From the sequence record CM069218.1: 32,000 nt of DNA; one strand, written 5' to 3'. The position numbers and the translations under genes are program-made. This document shows positions 11,346 through 21,569 of this stretch, piece by piece. The notes below the pieces were generated by a model. The model made no database searches. It worked only from the letters and a program-made list of their open reading frames with translations, and was not told the origin of the DNA. Within the stretch, counting starts at the first letter, position 1. Every line of letters starts with the position of its first letter.

Positions 11346-11576
11346 ATGTTTTTTTTAATTAATAAATTAGTTATGAATTTTGATGCTCCCAGTCCTTGAG
11401 GTATATATTTTCAAGATAGTGCTACTCCTCAGATGGAAGGGTTAAATGAATTACACGATAATATAATGTATTATTTAGTAGTTATATTATTTGCTGTAGG
11501 ATGAATTTTATTATCTATAGTTATAAACTATGTTAGTACAAAATCACCAATATCACATAAATATTTAAATCACGGT
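11346..11576 (+). CDS. cox2: cytochrome c oxidase subunit 2, exon 1
   Basis: It encodes [77 protein letters not shown], a leader peptide plus the conserved N-terminus, with TGA as Trp. Confidence 0.9.
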
Positions 11577-12500
11577 AGAGATGTGCCTATTCAAAAGTGT
11601 TTTAAGTTTAAAGGTAACTTGCGTTTGGTAAATAATAACAATAAATATATACGTTCTTATAGTACAACATCTTCTTCAGGTCCTAAGACCAAGTCGCTAG
11701 GCCTGTCCCAAAAGAACCATAATAGTATAAAATTGTATCAAGATCCTTATTCAATGAGAAAATTAATTATAAAAGATAACAAAAATAAATCTGGTATCTA
11801 TAAATGGACCAATAAATTAACTAATGATATACATATTGGACAATCAGTTGATTTATCTAAAAGATTTATAAGATACTTTAATATGAGTTATTTGAAAAAT
11901 AAAGAAGCTCTTATAATAAGTAGAGCTTTGATTAAATACGGGTATTCCAACTTCCAGCTTGAAGTATTAGAATATTGTGATATAGCTGATTTAACAGAAA
12001 GAGAACAATACTATCTTGATAAGTTAAATCCTAAATACAATATTTTAAAAATAGCAGGTAGTTCTTTAGGACATAAACTAACAGAAGAAACTAAAGCTAA
12101 AATTAGTAAATCTTTAAAAGGAATATATGTAGGAGAAAAATCTGCTTTATATGGTCGCACTCATTCTGAAGAAACTAAAGCACTCATGGCTCTAAATAAG
12201 TTAGGGGCAAATAATTCATTATTTGGGGCGCAAGCTCCCCATTCTGAAAAAACTAAAGAGTTAATGAGACAAAAAGCTTTAGGTAGAAAACATTCTGAAG
12301 AAACTCTATTAAAGATGAGTGCTAGCAGAGGTTATCTTGTTAACATATATGAAAAATCTGATTCAAAAGGGTTTCAATTAATAGGTAGTTTTGTTTCAAT
12401 AAGAAGAGCTGCCAAATTTTTAGGAATTAGTAGTAATACTATAAGACTCTATATAAATTCTGGTAAAATATTTAAAGATAGATATAAATTTACTAGCTAA
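11577..12500 (+). CDS. GIY-YIG homing endonuclease, in frame with cox2 exon 1
   Basis: It is continuous with the exon 1 frame. The GIY-YIG region reads KSGIYKWTNKLTNDIHIGQSVDLSKRFIRYFN. Repeated NUMOD3-like units are GHKLTEETKAKISKSLKG, GRTHSEETKALMA, HSEKTKELMRQKALG and RKHSEETLLKMS. The C-terminal HTH-like part is FVSIRRAAKFLGISSNTIRLYINSG. Stop is at 12498-12500. Confidence 0.85.
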   Translation, partial: RDVPIQKCFKFKGNLRLVNNNNKYIRSYSTTSSSGPKTKSLGLSQKNHNSIKLYQDPYSMRKLIIKDNKNKSGIYKWTNKLTNDIHIGQSVDLSKRFIRYFNMSYLKNKEALIISRALIKYGYSNFQLEVLEYCDIADLTEREQYYLDKLNPKYNILKIAGSSLGHKLTEETKAKISKSLKGIYVGEKSALYGRTHSEETKALMALNKLGANNSLFGAQAPHSEKTKELMRQKALGRKHSEETLLKMSASRGYLVNIYEKSDSKGFQLIGSFVSIRRAAKFLGISSNTIRLYINSGKIFKDRYKFTS

Positions 12501-12851
12501 CGAAGTACACGCAGGAATAAATACCAAATAAATTTAAAAAAACTATGAATAAAATTCCACTATATGCTGGAAACTCCTAAAGCCTTCAGGTACTATAAAG
12601 ATAATAGATATATACTTTATCAGTGATAACCCTAAAGGATGTACAATGGATTATCAGCAGGAAACCAAGACCTTGGTCTTCTGCCGCCACCTGTGGTGGC
12701 AGGACACTGAGGGTGGGGGGGGAGCGCTGCGCCGCCCTCCGTACTAAATACTTTGGATCCTCAGAGACTACACGTGGAAATCAAACGTCGACGACGTCGA
12801 CTTATAAGATAAGATATAGTCCAGTTAAGTATGAAAGTACTTATGTTGTAG
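11577..12851 (+). mobile_element. group I intron cox2-i1
   Basis: It splits ..YLNHG|[15 protein letters not shown]... There is T at 11576 and G at 12851. Core-like elements are ATGCTGGAAACTCCTAAAGCC (about 12566), GGATCCTCAGAGACTACACG (about 12755) and TAAGATATAGTCC (about 12810). A GC hairpin cluster lies at 12667-12800. Confidence 0.8.
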
Positions 12852-13373
12852 ACATTAATCGAATTAATATGAACTATTACTCCAGCAGTAATATTAATAT
12901 TAATTGCTTTTCCTTCTTTTAAATTATTATATTTAATGGATGAAGTTAGTGATCCTTCAATGTCAGTTTTAGCAGAGGGTCACCAATGATATTGAAGTTA
13001 CCAATATCCTGATTTTTTAGATTCTAATGATCAATTCATAGAATTTGATTCATATATAGTACCAGAATCTGATTTAGATGAAGGAGGATTAAGAATGTTA
13101 GAAGTGGATAATAGAGTTGTTCTTCCTGAATTAACACATGTTAGATTTATTATAACAGCAGGTGATGTTATACATTCTTTTGCTGCTCCTGCTTTAGGTA
13201 TAAAATGTGATGCATACCCTGGAAGATTAAATCAAGTATCTGTTTTTATTAATAGAGAAGGAGTATTCTACGGTCAATGTTCAGAAATATGTGGAATATT
13301 ACACAGCTCTATGCCTATAGTAATAGAATCGGTATCTTTAGAAAAATTCCTTATTTGATTAAAAGAACAATAG
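12852..13373 (+). CDS. cox2: cytochrome c oxidase subunit 2, exon 2
   Basis: It encodes [55 protein letters not shown]...[66 protein letters not shown], including the CuA site. Stop is TAG 13371-13373. Confidence 0.92.
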
Positions 13374-13969
13374 GAGGGACAGGTTGTTAGACTAAAATGT
13401 CTGTTTTGTATTTATATTACGACGACGAAGAAGTCGTCGTATTGGCGGTGACAAAGTCGCCGCAAGAAGTCATACAACAAGGTCGTACGAATTACGAATA
13501 CTTTTTTTTGAAGAATAGCGGCTCGCGAGAGCGGGATACGGCGCTATATATAAAGCTCGTCTTTATATTAAGATTTTATATTTGTTTGGGGCGCGACGAC
13601 GAAGTATATATGCATACTTCGTAGGCGCAGGCTCATAATTAATGCGAAGCGCGAAACACAAAACGCAAAACACTAAAACTAAATATATAATGCGTATGGT
13701 AGCCATACGTATTGTTTATTTAATCCTTTTAAACATATTTTATAAGAAAAGGGGAGAAGCCTTAAAATTAGTTTACTACTTTTAAACAGGTTAATCCTTA
13801 AAGTTAAAGCCCCTTTATAGATAAAGATTAATTTATTCTTACAATAATATCTTACTTAATTAAAAAATTAATTAGGATTTTTTTATTTTTATAAAGTTCA
13901 AGGGGCTAACCTTGAAGGTAATTTTTTTTTTATAGTAGGGTAGTATATTTTAATTTGATTTTTATTCAA

Positions 13970-15529
13970 ATGTCAGGATTGTTATATGCTCTATTAATTA
14001 TACCTATGATAGGTATTTTTTTTATTTTAAGTTTTGATAGTTATAATTTTAATATTACTAGTAATAACAGTAATAGTGGGAGTTTTAGTGAAGCCGGAGC
14101 TGGTAAGAATAGTGGAGGAGAATTATTAAAAGTCCTCGTAATAAATAATGAATTAAATTTTTATAAAAAAATTGCTTTTATAACTACAATTATGAATTTA
14201 ATTGTATCATTAATAATTTATATCTTGTTTGATTTTAGTACTAATCAATTTCAATTTGTACAAGATGATTTGGAATTAAGTGTTTATAATATATATTTAG
14301 GGGTGGATGGTCTTTCAATATATTTTGTATTATTAACAACTATAATAATGCCTATAGCATTAATATCAAATTGAAATTCAATAACACATAATATTAAGGC
14401 ATATTTAATAATAATATTATTGCTGGAAACTCTTTTATTGGCCGTATTTTTAGTATTAGATGTATTATTATTTTATATATTTTTTGAAAGTATATTACCG
14501 CCTTTATTTATATTAATAGGTTTATTTGGATCAAGTAATAAAGTAAGAGCTAGTTTTTATATTTTTTTATATACATTGTTAGGATCATTATTTTTATTAT
14601 TATCTATTTTAACTATGTCTTCTTTAATTGGTACAACATATTTGGATGTTTTATCAAAAAGTAATTTTGAATATACAACTCAAATATTTTTATTTTTAGG
14701 AGTATTTATAGCTTTTGCTGTAAAAACTCCTACAGTTTTCTTAAATAGTTGATTATTAAAAGCTCATGTAGAATCGCCCTTAGGTGGAAGTATAGTACTT
14801 GCAGGTATTGTATTAAAATTAAGTTTATATGGTATATTTAGACTAATCCTACCTTTATTACCTAAAATATCTTTAAATTATACTTCTATAATTTTTAGTA
14901 TAGGTATTATTACAATAATTTATGCCAGTTTTAGTACATTACGAACTATAGATATAAAAGAACTAATTGCTTATAGCTCAGTATCTCATGCTGCAGTTTA
15001 TTTAATAGGTGTATTCAGTAATATTATTCAAGGGATTGAAGGTGGTATACTTTTAGGTTTAGGACATGGGTTTGTATCAAGTGGGCTATTTATATGTGCA
15101 GGAGGTGTATTGTATGATAGATCTGGTACCAGAATAATATCTTACTATAGAGGAACTGCTCAAGTAATGCCTTTGTTCTCCATACTTTTTTTCATTTTAT
15201 GTTTAGGTAATTGTGGTGCACCTTTAACTTTAAATTTTGTAGGGGAATTTATGTCTTTATATGGAACTTTTGAAAGATTACCTTTATTAGGTCTATTTTC
15301 TAGTTCTTCTATAATATTCTCGGCCGCTTACACTATATATATGTATAACCGTATAGCTTTCGGTGGTTCATTTAGTAAATTCTTTGAAGAAAATATTGGT
15401 GATGTAACTAAAAGAGAATTCTTTTTATTATTTACTTTAATAATATTTACTATTATGTTTGGAATATACCCATCCTTTATTTTAGATGGCTTACATTATA
15501 ATGTAACAAGTTTATTGTTTGGTGTTTAG
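13970..15529 (+). CDS. nad4: NADH dehydrogenase subunit 4 (no intron)
   Basis: One table-4 frame joins track ORFs 13955-14374, 14420-14752 and 15110-15529. Conserved blocks include FESILPPLFILIGLFGSSNKVRASFYIFLYTLLGSLFLLLSIL and WLLKAHVESPLGGSIVLAGIVLKLSLYG..AYSSVSHAA. The start is taken at ATG 13970; a TTG at 13955 is an alternative. Confidence 0.9.
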
Positions 15530-15601
15530 AGTACTTTGTTGCTGTAATAAATAACAAAAGCAACTGTTTTCGTTTTTATTTTTTTTTTTTATTTTTTTTA
15601 C

Positions 15602-15636
15602 GAGGTATCTAAAAGATATCGAAAGCCGTCCATACA
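15602..15636 (+). repeat. 35-bp perfect direct repeat, copy 1
   Basis: GAGGTATCTAAAAGATATCGAAAGCCGTCCATACA is identical to 16528-16562. It contains a small hairpin (GGTATCT-AAA-AGATATC). Confidence 0.95.
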
Positions 15637-16166
15637 GTTCTGACATTAAGCCCCTTATGAGTGCAAATTCATAGGAGGGAATTCATTAAAGATTTTAAGC
15701 TATACAGCTACTATCTCAAATTAGAAAAAACTAATTTTAATTAGTGAAGTCCTGGAAATGTGGTTAAAAAGCAGTTTGATGTTCGCGCTAAGCTTGATAG
15801 AAGAGTAAAAAACTCTTCAAGCTTAGCTTGAAATTGTTATGTTATACAAAAAAAATTAGATAAAATTTTATTTATCCTCCTCGTGTACTAATTGATGGAT
15901 GAAAATCAGTAAAAAGAGTGCCTCGGAGAAAACCGGAATCCTAAGCCTGGTGTCGAGCTGTGAATTTGAGAGGGTAACCGATCAAACAATAAACTCTAAG
16001 TTAGAAAAAATAAATAAATAAATTCCGGGAATTTTCCAATTTTCCTGCGAAGCCGAGGGGTAATCCTCAATTTTTAAGAGCTCGCGCCTAATAGAGTCTT
16101 TAAAAAGTGTATGACACACATACTCCATAGTACAAAAAATATTGTTATAAAGGATACCTTTGACCT

Positions 16167-16207
16167 AGGCAGGCTTCTAAACCCTCCGGGATATGAAGGG
16201 GAGCTCG
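16167..16207 (+). repeat. 41-nt hairpin mini-element, copy A
   Basis: AGGCAGGCTTCTAAACCCTCCGGGATATGAAGGGGAGCTCG is near-identical to 22590-22630 (+) and to the reverse complement of 20837-20876. Confidence 0.9.
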
Positions 16208-16527
16208 AAAGTAATTATACGAATCACTTCAGGCGCAAGCTCGACCCAATATCTCCCACTATATCACTAACCACTATGATAAAAAGATATCTTCGGATAC
16301 TTATGAAGTTATCTGGTTAGGTTATGTATAGTTGCGATGTGCTGGGAAGAAAGTGGTATGTTAATACGGAGCGAGCTTGCGCCGCGCCACATGGTTATAT
16401 AGGTTGGTTTGGGATACCCTATGGGATAATTTAGAGCATAATATAAAAAATGAAAAGAGTAAGGTACAGGTCAGGACGTAGAATCACGCCGTACACTGCG
16501 AACTAACTCGTCACAAAAAGCTGGCTG

Positions 16528-16562
16528 GAGGTATCTAAAAGATATCGAAAGCCGTCCATACA
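16528..16562 (+). repeat. 35-bp perfect direct repeat, copy 2
   Basis: It is identical to 15602-15636, and the start positions are 926 bp apart. Confidence 0.95.
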
Positions 16563-16799
16563 TACTTCGTCTGCTATATATTGTGCTATATATAGCGCAA
16601 TCTCCTCCCCCTCCTCCTCCTCGCACACACCATATCATGCTTGTGCCTGCTTGAGGTGCAAGCTCAATATTTACATCTTCCTATGCTCTGGCATAAGTTT
16701 AAATTAATATATAAGGCTGCGCAAGCTAAAGCTCTTATTATTTAAACTTAGAACTTGATACTTTTATATCAGTATTATTTCTATTTTTTCATAATTTAT

Positions 16800-16952
16800 A
16801 TGCCTCAATTAGTCCCATTTTATTTTGTTAATGAAATAACATTTACTTTTATTATACTTGCTATAACTGTGTATATTTTATCTAAGTACATTTTACCTAG
16901 ATTTGTTCGTTTATTCTTATCTCGTACTTTTATATCTAAACTTTTAGGATAA
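16800..16952 (+). CDS. atp8: ATP synthase F0 subunit 8
   Basis: [50 protein letters not shown] carries the canonical fungal atp8 MPQLVPFYF start. Confidence 0.9.
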   Translation: MPQLVPFYFVNEITFTFIILAITVYILSKYILPRFVRLFLSRTFISKLLG

Positions 16953-17207
16953 ATAAAAAGGCTACTGCTCCTGCAGCTAAGCGTAAGCTAAAGCTAAGGA
17001 GCTCGCACAGGCAGGCTGGCGGCGTAGCCGCAGCAGCAGAGGTACAAATTGAGGATATTGGTCTTTTTTGGCGCTATACGTAGCGCGGCGCCATATACAG
17101 CGCTATATATAGCGCTATATATAGCGCAAGCTCCCCCCCTCCTCCTCCTCTTATTATATAAACATATGAAACCTCATACTCATAACTAACATAGAGAGTT
17201 ATCGTTA

Positions 17208-17423
17208 ATGGTAATATTTCATGAGGTTACTTTTTTATTAGCACTTTTTTTTGATTATGTTTTTAATTTTTATATCTTTATTATGTATTATTCTATCATT
17301 ATTTCATTAATTGAGGTTGTATTGGTATTAGTTCCTGCCCTTTTAGGTATAGCTTATGTTACAATTGCGGAAAGAAAAACTATGGCAAGTATGCAAAGAA
17401 GATTAGGTCCTAATTTCGTAGGT
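17208..17423 (+). CDS. nad1: NADH dehydrogenase subunit 1, exon 1
   Basis: It encodes ..[47 protein letters not shown]. The first ATG is at 17208. An internal ATG at 17283 would give a more typical N-terminal length. Confidence 0.85.
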
Positions 17424-19253
17424 CGCACACACAGCGTCTCTAGTTCTTTTAAAAAAAAATATTATCATACTTCTACAACTGATAAATTAATAAATGGTTT
17501 ATATTTAAACAGAAAAGCTCCTATTAAGCCTTTTTAAAGACGGCGCAGCCGTAATTAAAACTTGTGAGGATTTATTGTCTCCTTCGGATCTTAAGACTTT
17601 TTTCAGAAGTATTAAAAGTAAAGGGGGTATATATATATTTACTTACAAAGAAAATCCTGAGATTTTTTATATAGGAAGAGCTAAAAATTTTAGAAATAGA
17701 TTTAAAGCTCATCTTAATATAAATTTACAAGATAAATTTCATGTTTTTGCTAATGCTGTAGGTTGAGATAAATTTCATTTTTCAATTATTCAGATTTGTA
17801 GTTTAGATATTCAAAAAGAAAGAGAGAATTATTATTTACAAAAATACTTACCTTTATTAAATACAATATATAAAAGTGAGATGTATACTATACAAAATTA
17901 CGACTCTTTATATGAAATATTAAAACTTAAACAATTAGAATGAAACAAAGATAATAAATATTCAGGTATACCTGTCTATTTATATACTTATAGTGAAGGA
18001 TCACTTAAGGATAACTATATTAAATTCGAGAGTATTAATAAATTATCTCAATATTTAAATATAAGCAGAGAAACTATAAATATTTATTTAAATACTTATG
18101 TTCCTTATAAAAGCAATATTTTTTTTAACTGATTTAATAGTAGATTTTGAATTAATAGACAAATTAGTAAGTGATACCATTCAAGGATTAGATTTAGATC
18201 GTACTATAAGTAAAAAAGTCTGAGTTTATTCTATAGATACAAAAAGTAATATTGTTAAAAACATTTATAATTCTATAGGTGAGACAATTAAAATTTTAAA
18301 TGTGTCACATAATTCAGTAAATAATCACTTAGATAAGTGAATACCTGGTGGTATTAAAAACAATTATTTATTTAGTAATGAATTGGATAATTTAAATATA
18401 GAAAGATTAAAAGAAGTTCATTTATCTAGAAAACATAATAACCTTAATGTTTGAATATATGATGCTAATACTTTAGAATTAATAGGTAATTTTAATAGTA
18501 TAAAAAAAGCAGCAGATTATTTTAACGTAGATTATAGATCTTTAATTAATCATTTAGATACTAAAGAAGCTATAAATAAAGGAGGTAAATTTATATATTT
18601 ATTTAAAAATGAGTTAGATACAGAAGATTTAAATCTTTTATCTAATAAATTTAATAAAGTTTCTAATATGACAACTAGTATTTGAGTATATAAATATGTA
18701 GATGATAAATTAACTTTAATCAATGACAATAAACCTAGCTATATTTCTAAATTATCTTTATCTAAAGATTTAAAAATAAGTGTTAAAACAATAAACAAAT
18801 ATTTAGATTCAAATGAATCATATAAAGGGTATTATTTTTATAGTATATGTAAATAATAGTAAAAATAAAGCGTAGGAAACTTTATTTGGCCTTTAAACCA
18901 TCAAATTGACGGGGAAGCCTTAAAGCTATTTAGACTAAGCAAATTAAGTAATTAAGTTGTGGCTCGAAAGAGGTATAGTAACACATAAATAGATGCACGA
19001 AAGGAAATAGGTAATCCGCAGCCAAGCGCCATATATTTATTGTATAAGTAATGGTGTGCAGTTCATCGACTAGACGGTAGTTGGTATTGTTCACATAATA
19101 CTTAAGATATAGTCAGACCCTATCCGAAAGGATACAGGAATATTTATATAATATTCTGTTAAATGGATAATATTTTTATTATTCAGGGAGAAGGCCCCTG
19201 CCTAAATCTACAGTATGATTTTTTTTTTATACATGATTAAAAGGGGAGATTCG
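17424..19253 (+). mobile_element. group I intron nad1-i1
   Basis: It splits ..RRLGPNFVG|YYGLLQAFADALK... There is T at 17423 and G at 19253. The ORF lies in the 5' part and the catalytic core in the 3' part: CAAATTGACGGGGAAGCCTTAAAGC (about 18902), GTAATCCGCAGCCAAGC (about 19010), GTTCATCGACTAGA (about 19061) and TTAAGATATAGTC (about 19102). Confidence 0.85.
17575..18856 (+). CDS. GIY-YIG homing endonuclease with four C-terminal HTH-like repeats; one apparent frameshift at a T8 run (18119-18126)
   Basis: The GIY-YIG region is GGIYIFTYKENPEIFYIGRAKNFRNRFKAHLN, followed by ERENYYLQKYLPLLN. After the T8 run the reading continues in the next frame (LTDLIVDFELIDKL...). Repeated units have the form VWVYSIDTKSNIV..SIGETIKILNVSHNSVNNHLDK. 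The ORF ends at TAA 18854-18856. Confidence 0.8.
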
Positions 19254-20216
19254 TATTATGGACTTCTTCAAGCCTTTGCCGATGCTTTAAAACTATTATT
19301 AAAAGAATATGTAGCACCAACACAAGCTAACATAATCTTATTCTTTTTAGGTCCTGTTATTACATTAATTTTTTCTCTTTTAGGTTATGCAGTAATACCT
19401 TATGGACCTGGTCTAGCTATTAATGATTTTAGCTTAGGTATTTATTATATCTTAGCTGTATCTTCATTAGCCACGTACGGTATACTATTGGCTGGATGAA
19501 GTGCTAATAGTAAATATGCTTTTTTAGGATCCTTAAGAAGTACAGCTCAATTGATTAGTTATGAATTAGTTTTAAGTTCTGCTATACTTTTAGTAATTAT
19601 GCTAACTGGAAGTTTAAATCTTAGTGTTAATATAGAATCTCAAAGAGCTATTTGGAATATATTTCCATTATTGCCTGTATTTATTATATTTTTTATAGGT
19701 TCTGTTGCTGAAACAAATCGGGCTCCCTTTGATTTAGCTGAGGCTGAATCAGAACTTGTTAGTGGATTTATGACAGAACATGCTGCAGTAGTTTTTGTAT
19801 TCTTTTTCTTAGCTGAATACGGAAGTATTGTTTTAATGTGTATACTTACAAGTATTTTATTTTTAGGGGGTTATTTGTCAATAAATAGTTTAGATGTCTT
19901 TAATTTTTTTTATTCTATCCTTTTTAATATAGGATTTATTGATTTTAATTTTTTTAATATATTTTATTATTTCTATAAAGAAATTTTTGTTAATAATTCT
20001 ATTATAGAAGGATTAATATATGGATTAACTATAGGATTAAAAAGTTCTATTTTAATATTTTTTTTTATATGAGTAAGAGCTTCTTTTCCTAGAATACGTT
20101 TCGATCAATTAATGGCTTTTTGTTGAACGGTTTTATTACCTTTATTATTTGCTTTAATTGTTTTACTTCCTTGTATATTATATAGTTATAATATTTTACC
20201 TGTTAATGTTTTATAG
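19254..20216 (+). CDS. nad1: NADH dehydrogenase subunit 1, exon 2
   Basis: YYGLLQAFADALKLLLKEYVAPTQANIILFFLGPVITL...[26 protein letters not shown]...ETNRAPFDLAEAESELVSGFMTEHAA...[24 protein letters not shown] lies in a single table-4 frame. Stop is TAG 20214-20216. Confidence 0.92.
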
Positions 20217-20340
20217 TTAACCTCTATTACCCTTAAATAAAATACTTTTAATATTTTGATTTCATATTTGAATATGAAATGGGATTTTAATCGATTTAGC
20301 TCCAGTTATCCAGGGTAGAGGGTAGGTAGGGTACTATGAT

Positions 20341-20386
20341 TAGTACGTAGTACGTAGTGCGTAGTACGTAGTGCGTGCGTAGTACG
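20341..20386 (+). repeat. tandem heptamer repeat TAGTRCG (about 6 units, one interrupted)
   Basis: The sequence is TAGTACG TAGTACG TAGTGCG TAGTACG TAGTGCG (TGCG) TAGTACG. Confidence 0.9.
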
Positions 20387-20714
20387 TATGCATAGTCATA
20401 ATTTAACATTAATATACGGGCTGACTGGCTGGCTGGCTGGCCTACATACATAGGCGCGGCACAAGCTCCTCCTCACACAAATGTAATAATACTAATAATT
20501 AATCTTATAGGTTAAAATATATTTGTTATATTAAAATATGTTAGCAATGTAACGTAACGTTATTATATAATAAGTATGTTAAAATATATTAGTGATGTTG
20601 TTGTAATATTAAATTGTAATTCATAATTTAAATTTAGTTTAGTTTAGTAGGCTGGCTGGCCTACATACATAGACACGGCGAAAGCTCCTCCTCGCTATAT
20701 ATAAAGCAGACGAA

Positions 20715-20748
20715 GTAGAGAGCTTGCAGACGAAGTATAAATATCCGC
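20715..20748 (+). repeat. 34-bp perfect inverted repeat, left arm
   Basis: The reverse complement of GTAGAGAGCTTGCAGACGAAGTATAAATATCCGC is exactly 20982-21015. Confidence 0.95.
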
Positions 20749-20836
20749 GCGACGTAGTATGCATACTTCATACTTCGTCTAGTCTTTTTAATGAGGCGGG
20801 TGATTATAGTCAGTTCACTGTAGCAGGAAACATTTA

Positions 20837-20876
20837 GAACTCTACTTCATATCCCGGAGGGATTAGAAGCCTGCCT
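20837..20876 (-). repeat. 41-nt hairpin mini-element, copy C (inverted orientation)
   Basis: The reverse complement reads AGGCAGGCTTCTAATCCCTCCGGGATATGAAGTAGAGTTC, matching copies at 16167 and 22590. Confidence 0.9.
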
Positions 20877-20884
20877 ATTTATAA

Positions 20885-20957
20885 GATTCCTTGACTTAAC
20901 TGGTTAAAGTGTATTTTTGATAAGAATAATATCAGCGTTCGAGCCGCTGAGGAATCA
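20885..20957 (+). tRNA. trnI: tRNA-Ile (anticodon GAU)
   Basis: The acceptor is GATTCCT/AGGAATC. The D arm is ACTT..AAGT and the anticodon loop is TTGATAA. The T arm is CAGCG-TTCGAGC-CGCTG, with discriminator A. Confidence 0.85.
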
Positions 20958-20981
20958 AAGAAGGTTAATTATTTAAAGCTT

Positions 20982-21015
20982 GCGGATATTTATACTTCGT
21001 CTGCAAGCTCTCTAC
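20982..21015 (+). repeat. 34-bp perfect inverted repeat, right arm
   Basis: GCGGATATTTATACTTCGTCTGCAAGCTCTCTAC is the exact reverse complement of 20715-20748. Confidence 0.95.
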
Positions 21016-21115
21016 ATACTTCGTATGCTTATATAAAGCATACGAAGTATGTATGGCGGTATAGTATTAATATAATTAATATTATGGTTGTACGTTATTT
21101 ACATTTCAGGGTTAA

Positions 21116-21201
21116 AGAGAATTGACCGAGTGGTTTAAGGTGGCTAGCTTGAGATTAGTTATGGTTAATCTCCATCATGGGTTCGAATCCCATATTCTCT
21201 G
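21116..21201 (+). tRNA. trnS: tRNA-Ser (anticodon UGA), class II with a long variable arm
   Basis: The acceptor is AGAGAAT/ATTCTCT and the anticodon loop is CTTGAGA. The T arm is ATGGG-TTCGAAT-CCCAT, with discriminator G. Confidence 0.8.
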
Positions 21202-21495
21202 CATGCGCAAGCTCTACCTATATTAAAATTATAAACTGAAGGGCGAGGAGCCGAAGCCCATCTCTTTATTTATTTATTTGGAGCTTGCGCCTCCATATGA
21301 AATGAAGTACACTCCTTAGAAAGTATGCAGGCGTACCTTCACTCTTGAGGAGTATGCCTGCATACAGAAGTAGGCGGGCCGAAGTATGTAGCACGGTTTG
21401 ATTAGTTTATAGTTTTTACCTTCATTATATAGTACTAGGGTACAAACTCTCTTTGACTAAGGTGCAGGGCGCAAGCTCTAAATTTTATATTTTTA

Positions 21496-21569
21496 CGGGT
21501 TAGAGTCAGATTGGTTACGACATCTCATTTGGGATGGGATTATTCTGTGTTCGAGTCACAGTAACCCGA
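21496..21569 (+). tRNA. trnP: tRNA-Pro (anticodon UGG)
   Basis: The acceptor is CGGGTTA/TAACCCG. The anticodon stem is TCTCA/TGGGA with loop TTTGGGA. The T arm is CTGTG-TTCGAGT-CACAG. Confidence 0.85.

Noticed and set aside
12623-12922. Track ORF of 99 aa spanning the 3' part of the cox2 intron.
   Set aside because: It runs through the GC hairpin cluster and then reads cox2 exon 2 out of frame, with no protein-like features.
15602-16100. Possible mitochondrial RNase P RNA, suggested by CGAAAGCCGTCCATACA resembling the GGAAAGUCC-type conserved block.
   Set aside because: The match to the CR-I consensus is imperfect. The same 35-nt segment is simply a duplicated repeat (second copy at 16528). 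I could not find a partner CR-V-like block forming P4. I cannot support it without a covariance-model search.
17095-17150. Tandem AGCGCTATATAT units (also at 8505-8525 and 31215-31245) considered as a CRISPR-like array.
   Set aside because: The units are directly adjacent 12-nt palindromic repeats without spacers, in a mitochondrial genome. They are part of the GC/AT palindrome repeat family.
121-20072. Apparent truncation or fragmentation of nad5, nad4, nad1, cox2 and the intron ORFs at TGA codons in the ORF track.
   Set aside because: TGA falls at conserved Trp positions (for example SPWGIYF and HQWYWSY in cox2, GWEGVG-region Trp in nad5). The neighbouring fragments are in the same frame. 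This is the mitochondrial genetic code (table 4), not gene decay.
21202-21495. An expected extra tRNA (for example trnW) between trnS and trnP.
   Set aside because: No T-arm or acceptor pairing could be found. The interval contains GC hairpins instead (for example GTATGCAGGC...GCCTGCATAC at about 21327-21365).
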